Assembly (NCBI GenBank): GCA_051294375.1
Contig: CM119267.1
Location: 19,667,546-19,731,545 of the forward strand
Reading direction: 5' to 3'
DNA: 64,000 bases
Source: Paraspadella gotoi
Lineage: Eukaryota > Animalia > Chaetognatha
Shown: positions 50,882 through 64,000 of the stretch, in pieces
How positions within the stretch are numbered: position 1 is the first letter of the stretch
Layout of the letters: every line of letters starts with the position of its first letter
Program-made: the position numbers and the translations under genes
Notes under the pieces: model-generated
Told to the model about the DNA's origin: nothing
Databases searched by the model: none
Seen by the model: the letters and a program-made list of their open reading frames with translations, nothing else

Positions 50882-53800
50882 TGTAGAGATATGTCCCCCA
50901 TTTATTTGTTTGCCTTTTATTATTACCGTTTCTGCCGATAGATGTCTTTTTCCTTTTCTTTAAGAGATTACACTCCTCTTTCCTTTTCTTACCAGATATT
51001 CTAGGCCATGTAGATTTTTAAGACTTTTCCGCCCGTCACCAAACTGCCTTTTACGAGGTTCTAGGACACCCTCATGTCACCATTAGTCACCTTTGATACC
51101 GTTCACAGACAGTGATGCCACGGCCATAGAGCTTGTGGCGAGACCACACTCCAAGAGACTCGTGGGCTTACTCGTGGTCAGACTTTAGGCCCCGTCATAG
51201 ACTGGTGGACGGACTCGTGGCCCACTACATTCGGCCACACTCGGGTGACAATAGCCTCGCCGATTACTCCTTCATCACGGCGAGCCGACGGTTTCGGCGC
51301 AAGCACAACGGCGCTGGACGCGGCCACGCCCACTTCCGGAGGCGTCAGCGGGGGACCTGGGGGACAGCGGTCCTCCGTAACAGCACGACGGCGGTGAAGC
51401 GGAGGCGGCTACACGAGCCACACAGGCAATCGTGTTCGTACAGTAAAAGGCAGAATTTAGTCTCCTCTGGCCTAAGCATCTATTTTGTGTAAAAGATGTA
51501 GAGCTAAAGACGATATTAGTAAAAGATGTTGGGATAAAGATTTTGTATTGTATTACGAAATACTGTCATAAAAAATTGATTTTTTCTCTCTCTTTACATG
51601 TCTCGCACGATGGCATCGGTCTCTCAGAAAAGCGGCGCCCCTCAGAACGGAGCAGATGGAGTCAGTCCGGACGAATTTGCCGAACAGCTTGAGTGTCTTC
51701 CGCATACCTTCGAAGGCCTCTTTTAACCGGGCCGTCGAGACAGGAACGTCAGCGGACCGCACGTCTGCCAACAGCATGAGGGAGGCGCTGTTCAACAAGA
51801 GACAGGAGGCGATGCGTCTGGCGGGAGGCTGGAGAGTGAAAACAACTGATCCTCTGGACGAGGAATTGAAAGAGTAAGATAATTTTTATTGGCAAATCCC
51901 GCTTTCCCGCCACTTTTGGTGGCTACGGGAGACGATACGATTATTGCTAATCCCGCTTCCGATTCCGGCTCTCGAACCGGATCCCCGTTGCTCTTTCCCC
52001 CGATGCCCGTCGGTCGCGGGAAGAGGACGAGTACAGGTAGTGGAAGAACGATGGTTGTGGGAGGAACGGCGACGACGACATCGCGGAAGATCAAAACCCG
52101 ATTGCCCGTCGCTTGAGATCCTCTGTATCGGCGCGCTCCGCTGTTCCAGACGGCCTTCATGACTCCGCCCACCTCTGATTTACCTGTACGGTCGCCGCGG
52201 CAGGGCACTTATACGAGCGCTTTCGCGCCGGTCCTGCCCACGAACACCGACTTCCGGGGCGACGACCATGCCGATGGTGAAACGATAGCCACAGTGGCGA
52301 CGGCGACCGCGACTTCTACCGTGGTCACCTCCACAATTGTACACACTACCTCTGCAGCAACGACAGCTCTACCTCCCGTCAGCTTTGCTGATGAGCAGCA
52401 ACGAGCGTTTGAAGAGGCAGTGCAGAGTAGACACATTTTTTCCGCAACAAATTGTCATAGAAACTTCGGAAAACCACCATTCGATTCGAAATAAAATTCT
52501 CTCTTCGAATGATGTGCTATATGATTAACTTATTGAAAGATTTCGCTTGACCCACGCGCGCGTCAAAGTTCCACATGCGTCAGATTCATTGATTTACGTA
52601 TATTTTGAAACGTTGAAGGGATCCTTATGTGATGTTTTTAATCATTATAGATTGAAATGAATGTAAAAATCCGATGTAGTTGTAATTTATTAAAAATTAA
52701 TAAAAAAGTATTAAGCAAAATATACCGGAAGTGTAATTTTAATATTTTTAAACCAATTTATCTTCTCTCATGAAAAGTGACGGCAAGAGGCAAACAATTC
52801 TTGCGTTGTTATTGTTAACTGAATCTTTAAACTTGAAGTTCATAAGACACTTTGTTTGGCTTAGGGTGAGATCGACGATGTTCTTCAACGCCCTGAAGCA
52901 TTGCTTCATGTTGCATTTTATTACGGGTATTGAACCATTGTAATCACTTGCAAATTTAACCACCCTCTCTGCAGCATCATTGAGTGGCGAAAAATCCATT
53001 TACAAGCTTGCAGAATGAGTGGTAGTTGACGTTATCATTACATTCTTCACAGGTTTCGACAAAAAAAGATGGCTCAAAGTGACAAAGCTGTGTAATAAAT
53101 TATAATAGTCATTGAAATTAGATATAATTAATATAAAAATTATTGATAAAATATTGCAAATTGAACCTGAAAAAAATAAACCATGAATCAGCCGAAACGT
53201 AATCTTCTAATTTGGCTGTTTTCATATACGCATGGTATTTCCGGCTTTCCCATTTCTACTTGGACCTTTTCAGAGCTCAAGAGGGCTTCAGCCATCGACA
53301 TTCTAGTTGAGTTTTGAGACTTTTTTTGAAGCCAAAGCGAGAATAACCGAGTGGCCAGAAAGATATTCGGTGTATGTAAATCAATCTTTCTTAGTCCAGC
53401 ATGGGCCCCATCGCGATCCCTTGATCGCCACGCCATTAGATCTTCATAAAGGGAGAGAGTAAGGAATGGAGCATCTCGCCATGAATGGACAGCAGAACCA
53501 GTAATAAAATTGAAATGTACAAGATGTAATAAGACATCACGAAGACATCCATTTTCTGCTGGTGACTCAAAACGAAAGAATCACCAACGATCAGCATTTT
53601 GAGAATGTAGAGGCAGCTACCATCCAACGAGCGTGATGTATCGTGCTTAGCCTTTTTGTCATGTGAAGTTGAGCTTCTTTGCCAAGAAAAAGAGACGAGA
53701 TCAACTAGATTCATATTAATATTATTATATGAGTGTGCTTTTGGCAATATAATGATAATTGATTTCTAAAATCTAAATAAATCTGCAAACTACAAAGCAT

Positions 53801-56240
53801 TTTGTGCATAATTATTTATCTAATTTTACTCTACTCATATTCTACTAAAAATATGACATTGTAATCTTTTTCCTTAGTTCTTCCTTAGTTCTTCCGAATT
53901 GTTTTCAGGTGAAGCAAAGGGATTCGCGCGTCACCCAGTTTCCAAAGGTTAATTCTAGAGCTACGACATAAGCAGTCTCATTTTTATCTCGTTGGTTTTT
54001 GGGATGAGTGTAAAAAATGTCAAAGAACTGTTCCAATACTGCTGCCCCTTTTGGTGGTTCTGCCGGCGGTGGTCGAAAGTTCGCTAAGCGCTTGCAAATA
54101 CCAAATTCGGCAAACAGAGGAAACTCGCCCCTGTAGCAGAACGAGGTGTTCATGATTAATGGACTGTCTGTAAAAAAATATTATTCTGTAAATAAAATTA
54201 AACAAAGAATAACTATCTATCAGTCACAGAAATTTAATAATTAATACTAAATTATATCGAAAAATAATAAATATTTGTAACTGAGAAAGAGTTTCCAATT
54301 TGGATGTTGTTACCTAGTTGCTTTCAACTCGCCTGGGTCAAGCGAAATATTTTAGAAATTAATTAAATTATATACCAAACGAAAGAGAATTTTATTTCGA
54401 ATCAAATGGTGGTTTTCCGAAGTTTCTTATGACCATTTGTTGCGGAAAAAAAATGTGTCTAGTGCAGAGGGCAGTTAACGATAGAAACTATAAAGCTGCA
54501 CGAACCGAAGAAGATTTTGAGAGAGAGAGATGGCGATGCTGCAGGAAGAAAATGATCGATTAAGACAAGCTGCCGAGAGGCAGTCGGCTCGACGACGTCT
54601 TCGAGCTGCAAGGGAATCTGCAGCCGATCGATTAGCGAAGAGAACACGCGCTCAACGAGTTCCAAATGCTTCGCAAGCGCCGGCGGTCATCTCGGGACCG
54701 GGCGCCGATCTTCCCGCGTTGCGGCGCCCATCCCGATTTCCGCTGAGGTTGGCGCGGACGTCGCGCCTCGGCCGAGAGGTCTGGTCGAGTTAGCAACGGG
54801 TCTGAACGCCTTGCCTGCGAGAAGAGCCGGACCTTCAGCCGAAAACAGCCCGTCGGCGGCGAATCTGACGACTTTGACCGAGAGATTAGTCCGCAATAGA
54901 GATTGTCGCCCAACAACAGGTTGCCGCACACGAGATCGAACGAGAACAGTGGAGACTCGAAAGGGAAAATCTTCAGAGAAATTTCGAGGCCACGGTAATG
55001 AGAATGGTTACATGATTCTAGGCCGCCCAGGCGGCCCAGGCGAGAATGCAGCCCCACGGATAGAAACCCGCCTTCGCCACCTCGGGCACCGCTTCCTCGG
55101 ACCCTCTCATCAGCCCCACGCTTCGACTCTCCACGATTCTTTACCTCAAAGAAACAATCTCAGAGAGATCCAGTGATCGACGCACAACAGGCGCAAATTG
55201 CTCAACTATTCAGAAAACTACGACAAGTACAAGAGAATTTGCGAATCTTTCAGCACACGAGAAATGGTGGGGCGGCTTCCGGGAGGCGTCTCGCTCCTGA
55301 GGCTCTCCCCGCTAGAGACGATCGACTACAACAGTATTTACACTCTCAATCGATAGAGTCGACGATCCGCAATGCTCAAAGATTTACGCCCGGAGAAATG
55401 TTTAGAAACGAAGGTGCGTCAAATAAAGGTTGTCTCGAGATTCACATGAGACAGTGGGAGGCGGCGATGACTCAGCTGGCGTCACACCACAGATGCGTCA
55501 TCAGGAACTACGCCATTGGTTCACGGGCCTCGCCCGTCTCAAACTACAGAAGTACTTCCATCGTACAGACTATTCGGCGGCAGTGGACGAAGCCATCGCG
55601 ATGCTTCACAACGGAATTTGGACGACCCGATGCCTCGCCTCACGAAATGTTTAAAAAGACTGGCTTATCCGGCGGCAAGGCAACGGACGCAACAGAGATC
55701 GACGAGATTACGCGCCTCGAAAACATCGCCGGCATCGCGGAGGCTAAAGGAAGATTACGTGATTTGAATCGCGACACGGTAATTTCGGAGATCCTCGACG
55801 CGAAATTTCCTCAGTGGAAAGACAAATTCGCCGAAGAAAACTCTCAATCAATCTTTAGAAACGGCCGAAAACTCACGCTTCACGAACTGATCGAATTCCT
55901 CAAAATTCACCTAGTCGCGGTGAAGTCGGTATACCATAAAAAGAAAAAGACGACGACGACGACCTTGTAGCGGCGGTTGCGGCGAACGCCGGCCCACCCC
56001 CCCCGTCGACGAACGGTGGGGGCGTAGTGGAGCAACAGAAAGAAACAAAGGCTACAGATTCATTCGATTCGTCCGACGCAGCTGACCCCGCTTTACCAGA
56101 GCCGCAAAAGAAAAAGAAAAAGAGACAGCGAAAAGCGAGCGTAACAGAAGCGGCGCCCCCGGCGCCTCCCCCGGAAGCTGGATGTGCCTACGTCACAGCA
56201 CAACGGCCGATTTATCTGGCCGTTTCAGAGGTCACCCTTT
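50882..56240 (+). mobile_element. Degenerate LTR retrotransposon relic: candidate LTR 50882-51598 plus frameshifted gag-like region
   Basis: TGTAGAGA...TCTTTACA inverted termini; GC-rich broken ORFs; ILDAKFPQWK...LTLHELIEFLK is reminiscent of BEL/Pao-type Gag. No pol and no matching second LTR seen. Confidence 0.4.
52428..54461 (-). mobile_element. hAT-superfamily DNA transposon deletion derivative nested in the gag-like region
   Basis: ~75-bp TIRs TAGACACATTTTTTCCGCAACAAAT...; 8-bp TSD GTGCAGAG (52420-52427 / 54462-54469); transposase C-terminal-like remnant NDAAERVVKFASDYN (52748-52999). Confidence 0.85.
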
Positions 56241-58412
56241 TCCTTAGGTTCGGTTGTAGGGACTATCCCGTTAACAGTTCTATCATAACCTGTAACAGAG
56301 GACTAGTATACCTATGAATTTATAAACAAAACCAGCGCTTGCTATCCTGTCTCCGTCACAGACTACCACGTGAATAGTCAGCGAGGATTATCATATATTA
56401 ATGGGGAATGAACCGTTCCTGTCTATTATGACATAGTCCCGTCATTAGAACATTTCACCAACATAGTCCAATTAGTTAATAAATGTACATTCGTATTCTT
56501 CACACCGTATCTGCGTGTCTCATCCTATACTCATATCGTTACTCCACGACAATCGCTACATGAGCCTCCATCTTTTTGTCTCATGTTTTTATGATTCGCC
56601 TTCTAGCTAGAGCTCTTACTCACGGTCGTGAGCTGGCTGTAGTTGATGTCATTCTACAGGAATCTCAGGAGCACACTTCGGGACGAGAATATGAGAGACT
56701 ATACCGAGACGCCCTGGGCAACTCCAGGGAAGGAAAAAAGAGGCAGGATTCGCAATATCTCCCTCAGACTTTATGCTCTCTTAATAATGTCTTGACCTCG
56801 CCTCTAAATCCCATCTAGCGATAAGATGGCCGAGAAGCGAGGTGTACATCCACTATCGCTCGCAGGGGAAATCAATCATACCACGCTGCATCGGCGCGGC
56901 CGCCTGGATCGCGCAGACAGAAACGTTCCGGTATAATCAGGTGTGTCACAATCTTCAGTCACAACCGGTCTTTTATGTTCAATCCCTACTCCTGCTCTCT
57001 CTCTCTCTCTCTCCTCGTCCTCATGCCTCTATCTCACTTCTCTCTCTCTTCCCTTCTCTCTCTCTTGCCTTCTCTTCCTCCAATTCTCCCTCTGCACCCG
57101 ACTCTCTCCTCCTCCTTATTGCTATCTTTTTCCTCTCTTCGCAGCCCTTCCTCTCTTGTACATGCGTACCCTCTTCGGGATCGCGAGTCCAATCGCCACT
57201 GGTTTACTACGTATCTTCGAGTTGTCTGCTAAGGAGACGGAGCCTCTGCTACGCATCTAGTACTGAAACAGACCTACTATAACACTGCCTGGCTGCTCTT
57301 GCCTTCCCCCTCCCACCTGGCACGCCACGCCGTTGCCCGACTGTCTCAGCTAGCTCCACCGACCCTTCTAATCACATCTCCTGTCTAGGTTGTTGCGCGG
57401 GGAACCTGGTCAACATAGTTGACTAGCGATGGCGTCCGCTCTCCAGGAGAGGCGACCTTTCGTCCGTCGTGCCGGTCGTCGTCGAGCTGAACGGGCGCAA
57501 ACGACATCAACTTAACGCAATGATCGATACGCGGCTGTAATCGCTTGGCGTATTGAAAGAGAACATTGCTAATGATCTTAGTATAATATTTGTGCCTGAT
57601 GTAAAAATGCGATTAGAGACATTAGATAGTATGTTGTTGTTAAATAAAAAAGTCGCAGACTTTAACATTGAACACATTGATGAACTTTTTCTCTTTCTAT
57701 CAGAAAGCGATTGTGGATGTTTACTGACATCGGAAGGACGACCTCCCCCCAAGCGATGCAGATGTGGTCGACAAGGCCTCATTCGAGGGGGTAACGTTCC
57801 CCAATCTCCCTAATCCTGATAATAATATATATTTTATTATAAATAATTTTATTTTATTCATTTAAAATTATACAAAATTATTTTTTAATTATTTTAACAT
57901 TCAAATAAATTTTTTAAAAAAATTATTCTTAATAATTAATATATAATAAAATTATTTTAACTGAACGGGATTTTTCTGGAAAATAAGGCTCAGGATCTCA
58001 ACTGGTGCGCCGGTTCTAAAGCTTAGTACTACGCATAGTACTAATCTTTGTTGGATCAAAACGAGCTCGATATTAAGCGAAAGTTGATCGATTTTGAAGA
58101 GCGATTTTTTTGCGATTGCTTTTTGGCGATTATTTTTTGAACGGATTGTCGGATTATGGATGAAATTATGCATGTAGATAATGTTTGCAATTGTCTATCG
58201 AACGCTACAAATTTGATATAAAAGCAATGGAGTTGTTTTAGAAACGATGCTCATCCCCAATTAAACTAATCCATTATTGGTATTAATTAGTGTGTTGTAT
58301 TATTGTTGTATATATTTCACTTAACTATTAACTTATCTATCATTCAAAATCTCAGCTTATTTCTAAGTTTTTCTAAATTTATCTTTGTTGTACATTGTAA
58401 AATGTAATTATT

Positions 58413-58444
<32 letters not shown>

Positions 58445-60072
58445 TCTATTTCACTTTTCACCATTTCAAAATTATCTTCTTCTCTGTTCTTACCTTCACC
58501 TGTCCTCTCATCTGGCCACTGTCCTTTACTCAGCCCTTTGTTGGAAACTCTCCCTCAATCTCTCTCACTCTCTCTCTCTCTCTCTAACTTAATGTGTAGA
58601 GCATTTTGATAATGTTTTTTCAAAGCTGATGAAGACTCGAATCAACAGAGTCGAAACATGTACTATGACAATAAAAATCGTTGTATTGGCAAACAAACAA
58701 TTCCTACTAATTATTGTGTTAAAATATTTTTTTGCAAAAATGTTCCGAACCATGAGTAATTCGCTAATTAATATTATTATATTGCTATATAATATCAAAA
58801 TTTTTTTTTGGATATTTTAAGTTTTTTTAATTGATTCTGATAGAGCTTAAAATGAACAAAGAAGCAAATGATATAAAAACGAATGAATGAAAAAATTTAA
58901 TAAAAAATCGAATAAAAAAATTATTATAAAAAATTTAAAAATTGATAATAGAAAGAACGAATCTTAAAAAAGACAAGGCTAACTAAAAACTAAAACTACT
59001 TTTTAATTAACTGATGCGAAGATAGTCTATAAAAAAATTGAATTGACGGCTTTTTAAGTATTATTCATACAGTAAAATATATTTGAAAAAGTCCTTGTAT
59101 TGTATTGGATAAATTCCCTTATTATTGTTCAGCGCTGATAGAAAAATAAAAATTCGCGTCAATACTCCTAATACCCTACCAACAAATAATCGACTTAGGA
59201 ATGCAGGAAGGATTGTGTAATAAAAATAAAAGCAGAAAGATAAATGGGCAGGAAAGGAAAGTGATTGAGGGGATAATCAAATCATTTAGTAGTTTTATTG
59301 GATAAGCAAAAAAAGTTTTTATGACACAAATAATAAATGAAATATGGCTTTTCTGTTCAATTTAACGTTGATTCTATACGCCAAACCTGTATAAAAAAAG
59401 GTAGGGAAATAAATCTTTAAAACCTCTCTCTAACTCGTAATAGGCATTTTATCTAGAAAAAATCAGAAAAGTCTTTACGCCACAGTAATTATATCATATA
59501 TAAACGGTTTTACTCTTCATTTTACGCCAAAATTATTTTCCAAATTTTAATATAAACCTTTACAATTATGTTAAGCTTGATATATTTAAAATTTTTGGAA
59601 AAATCATATTAACGGCCAAGCATGTAAATTAAGTGGAAATAATATCGTCTTTGCGCGTAGTTTGTTTACGCACCTCGGCGCGCCAACAAACAGCTGTTAA
59701 AAAAAAAATCAAAATCTGAAATCCAATATCTACAATGACTATATCTTAATTAGAAAAAGCGTTTTCCAAATTTTGTATTGAATATCCCTTGAAAGAAGTA
59801 AGGACGCGAGAAACGCCTTACTCTCAAATTGCACATAAATCAGTTGGGGCGTGACTAATCAAATATTTAAAAGGTCAAAACATTTAAAAGAAACATGGAA
59901 TTAACGCATTAAAGTACACTTCAGTTAGCTCCTCAATATATAGATCTAAAACATCGACTAGAAAAAAATCAGTATTTTAAAAGTTTTTTGTGCAATACCC
60001 TAGATTTTTAATATTATATATATTATTTCCTAATATTCTATTACCACTTTGACGATTTGATGTCTGACCAAG

Positions 60073-60787
60073 NNNNNNNNNNNNNNNNNNNNNNNNNNNN
60101 NNNNNNNNNNNNNNNNNNNNNNNNNNNNNNNNNNNNNNNNNNNNNNNNNNNNNNNNNNNNNNNNNNNNNNNNNNNNNNNNNNNNNNNNNNNNNNNNNNNN
60201 NNNNNNNNNNNNNNNNNNNNNNNNNNNNNNNNNNNNNNNNNNNNNNNNNNNNNNNNNNNNNNNNNNNNNNNNNNNNNNNNNNNNNNNNNNNNNNNNNNNN
60301 NNNNNNNNNNNNNNNNNNNNNNNNNNNNNNNNNNNNNNNNNNNNNNNNNNNNNNNNNNNNNNNNNNNNNNNNNNNNNNNNNNNNNNNNNNNNNNNNNNNN
60401 NNNNNNNNNNNNNNNNNNNNNNNNNNNNNNNNNNNNNNNNNNNNNNNNNNNNNNNNNNNNNNNNNNNNNNNNNNNNNNNNNNNNNNNNNNNNNNNNNNNN
60501 NNNNNNNNNNNNNNNNNNNNNNNNNNNNNNNNNNNNNNNNNNNNNNNNNNNNNNNNNNNNNNNNNNNNNNNNNNNNNNNNNNNNNNNNNNNNNNNNNNNN
60601 NNNNNNNNNNNNNNNNNNNNNNNNNNNNNNNNNNNNNNNNNNNNNNNNNNNNNNNNNNNNNNNNNNNNNNNNNNNNNNNNNNNNNNNNNNNNNNNNNNNN
60701 NNNNNNNNNNNNNNNNNNNNNNNNNNNNNNNNNNNNNNNNNNNNNNNNNNNNNNNNNNNNNNNNNNNNNNNNNNNNNNNNNNNNNNN
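60073..60787. other. Assembly gap (N run)
   Basis: Run of N bases. Confidence 1.
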
Positions 60788-63700
60788 CTTTTGTTAGCGC
60801 GTAATCAATAGATCGACGCGCGTGTTTATCAGAGTCAAAAAAAGAACAAAATAATACGCATTTAAGATTGGAAAAAAAAAATAGCCATCATGTGAACCGG
60901 CGCTTGACCAATGGAAGGCCAAGCAAAATCCAAGTCGGCTTCCTTCATCCAGGAATACTTGGCCGAAAAATTTTATTTTTTAAATCCAGGTACTTTAAGG
61001 GTAAGACTAACCAAAAACTGAAAAAGAATCTATCAAATAAGAAAAATATTGGAATAGTACAGAAAGCAATATTTCTTTTTATTGTTGCGCAAAAACTAGG
61101 CTTTCCTCACAAAACCTCTGTTTACAGGATATGCAAATGGATTTTCTCTGAACAAATTGATCATTCTTGATTCCCAAAAATGATGCACAAAAATGCGCCA
61201 GCAGCAGTTCTGGCGATAGAAGAAAATACAAATCAATAATAATATTCATATAAAATAGGAAATTTTCAAAATAATAATAATAATTGTATTTTGGCTTTCT
61301 TTTTGTTGCGTTTGAAATTTAAGGAAAACAAAAGTTTTTATAATTTATTTTTTTACAAACAACTACTTTTTTGTTTCAAACACCAGACATGATTCGAATC
61401 TATGGTTGCGAGTCTTCATCAGCCAAAACTAAAAATACAGAGAGAGAAAAGAGAGAGGGGGAGAGAGTGAGATAAAGGTTTTTAACAAAGAACAGAGAAT
61501 GGAGAGTGTGTTGAAAGAAAAATGACGGACGTACGACCTTCAGTGTCCGATCTCTATTCCGTTCTGACTCTCTATCTCTCTCTCTCGTCATGTGAATACC
61601 TCTCTCTCTCTCTTCTCTCTCTCCTGCTTTCACTCATACACGCATTTGTTTGTTTTTATGTTACGATGAATGAATATCATCGCGTCAATGATGACTATCA
61701 TCCGCATCAATGAATGACTATCATCAATGGCTTGATCCTTATGCTTTTAGATTTTTTTTTTTTATTTTTTAATGAGAATTTTATTTCCTATCATAGATGA
61801 TTACCAGTAGAATACATCAGGCAAGCAAAATAAACCAAATAAATAAAAATATATTAATTATATTTTCACTGTTTTAATATTTTTTTTTTCAACTTTGCCT
61901 GCTTTAGAATCGAGACATCAATTCAGTGATATATAGATTCTCTTGGGCTAGCGGCCGAGGCGTCTCAGTGGGGATGCCTTTTCACGTTGATTTGCCGCTT
62001 TGTCTGGGGCACTCGCACGCCTACAGCCGCGCGCCGCCAGCCTTGCCAGCCGCCGCCGCCCGCCGACATGATCCGGACCGCCAACCATCTTAACTTAACC
62101 CCAATTTTAATGAGAAAAAAAAAGTTTGATCGTAGCTTTGGCCCTGCACTCGTCGAATCCGCGATGAATGTGAAGACACCTAGCCACGAAAGAAAAAAAA
62201 AGTGTGGGAGGATGCAAATGATGTGAAAGGAGCTTCGTCCACAAAAGGGGTTTATAATCAAAATGGTGAAGCGACGCGCGAATAATGACTCCCTCTCTAT
62301 ATGTCAACACGAAAAAAAAAAATTCTCTCCTCATTTCCAAGTTTTTTTTTTCTATTTTTCAAATGATGGAAGATCATGCTTTCGCGTCTTCCAGAATTCT
62401 TCGGATTCGAAATATTTCGACCGTACCTCCCATCTCAATATGCATAGTAGAAGGGTTAGATTTTCTAATCATCGTGGCTCCATGGATCCCAAAGGGCAAG
62501 ACGTCTCTCTCTCAATAAAAAGATTCGGGGAGATGGGACGACTCTCTCACTCGCTACGCATACAAGAATCAAAGGTTTATTCCTCCAAATCACAATACAA
62601 ATCATAAAGGGCATCAATCTCGATCGTGCTCTTCTTCGTCTCATAAATTTTCTGGTCGTCGTTATCTCTGCTCTCTCTCCGATCTCTCCTTTCTCATACT
62701 CTCTCTCTCTCTCTCAGTATAGTGAGTAGATGAACCACCGTTAGTTCGCGCAAACCTGGCCAAAACAAAAAACACCGGAAGACCGAAAACCCAGAAAGGA
62801 GAATTGTCTCTATTTATTCACTCATCTTTTTTCTTATGAATTTTTTTCTAAAGAACTACAAGAGAAGAAATTTTTACTGACTGGTTGGAGTTTTTATACA
62901 TGGCTGGTTTTCTTTTTGAGAGAAAAAAAAAAGAAGACACTAAAAAACGAGAAATCCTCTCAAAATCTAGAAATTACGTTTTCGGTTCATTAAATTCGAG
63001 TTAATATACACTTTTTCCAATCTAGTTTTCGCGACTTTTTTTGGTGTTGACTAAGCTTAAAGATTTCTGGCAGAACTGATAAAAATATATTAAAACATCT
63101 ATAAGTCTATGGCAAATTTAACAAATTTGTCATCAAAATTCCATTTTGGAATGTCACATAAGTTGGAGAAAAAAATTCTGATCTTCTATGATAATTTAAG
63201 CGAAAAGCAGCTTAATCAGAAGATATTTTCTATAATAATTAATCTAATTTTATTTTAATTAATTGTCAGTTTTATCTAATAAATTAATTAAATGATAATG
63301 ATTAATATAATTATTAATAATAACCAATATAATTATTAATATATAAATGTTCCGTATGATTAAATAAATTTATTAATAAGTTAATTAATTATAAAAAACA
63401 AGAGATATATTTTAATATTTGTTTTTATAGTGAATTAAAATACGAATGAATTTAAATGATTAACCTATTTTAATTATTAACTGTACTGTTTAATGAATTG
63501 GTACAACCTATAAAAAATATTTTCTAAAAAAAAATCGGAAAGTAAAACGATTTTTTGTTTTGTCAAAACTAATTCAAATGTCTCTCTAATTGTCTCAACA
63601 ACGAAAAGAAGATGTTATATCATAATATTTTTATATAATTTTAAAGACCGACGCCTAAATAATGTGAATGATAGAGCCGGGGATCTGCGATAATCAGATC

Positions 63701-64000
63701 CGCTAAAATTATTGGATAATCGAGTACTTTGTTGGGCGAAGCGCCCCAAAAGAAAAAATTTTTCCCGGTCTTTTAAAAAATATTTTCAAGCCCACGAAAA
63801 GAACGTGGCGTGGAAGTAAAATAAGTTTTTCATTTCAAACGCGTTTTTTTTATTTGAACGAGTCCGTGACAGTTGCTCGCTTGATGCATAGCGAGAAATG
63901 CCGCGCCATTGAGGAATGTGTAATTTCGGAATCTTCGGATGGCACTTACTCTTATCGTGCTTATATAGAAAAAATAAGGATAAGGTTTCGAGAAGGAGAA

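Noticed and set aside
56291-56560. Possible solo LTR (TGTAAC...GCTACA)
   Set aside because: No matching TSD and no partner repeat in the window.
60057-60797. 246-aa ORF
   Set aside because: Artifact of the N gap.
61950-62650. GC-rich patch as possible FGGY 5' exons or another gene
   Set aside because: None of the frames I read gave FGGY motifs or any recognisable protein.

Overview
Eukaryotic, probably invertebrate animal, genomic DNA with GC/CpG-rich exons and short AT-rich introns. From 3.4 to 49.3 kb lie 16 tightly packed minus-strand genes, mostly housekeeping: FGGY, METTL21-like, NOL9, UQCC1, ORC2, ATP13A1, a class I methyltransferase, HEATR6, LRRC41-like, ACSL, TRMU, VBP1, ATPSCKMT/FAM173, PEX1, a Tudor protein and ABITRAM. 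Stop-to-ATG spacings go down to 84 bp, which suggests operons with SL trans-splicing. One plus-strand EF-hand gene interrupts the run. The most striking signal is a group of miniature LTR retroelements (176-1445, 31581-32313, and a solo LTR at 19022-19233) with 4-bp TSDs. The two complete elements also have a tRNA-Trp-like PBS and a PPT. Each LTR carries a tRNA-like Pol III head followed by a type-P5 twister-ribozyme fold with compensatory base changes across three sequence variants (5 copies), making these candidate twister-based LTR retrozymes. Second, a TA-targeting MITE sits inside the METTL21-like coding sequence in a way that creates an in-frame GT-AG intron (introner-like). The 49.4-64 kb segment is transposon-rich. 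All calls come from manual reading; no searches or folding programs were run.
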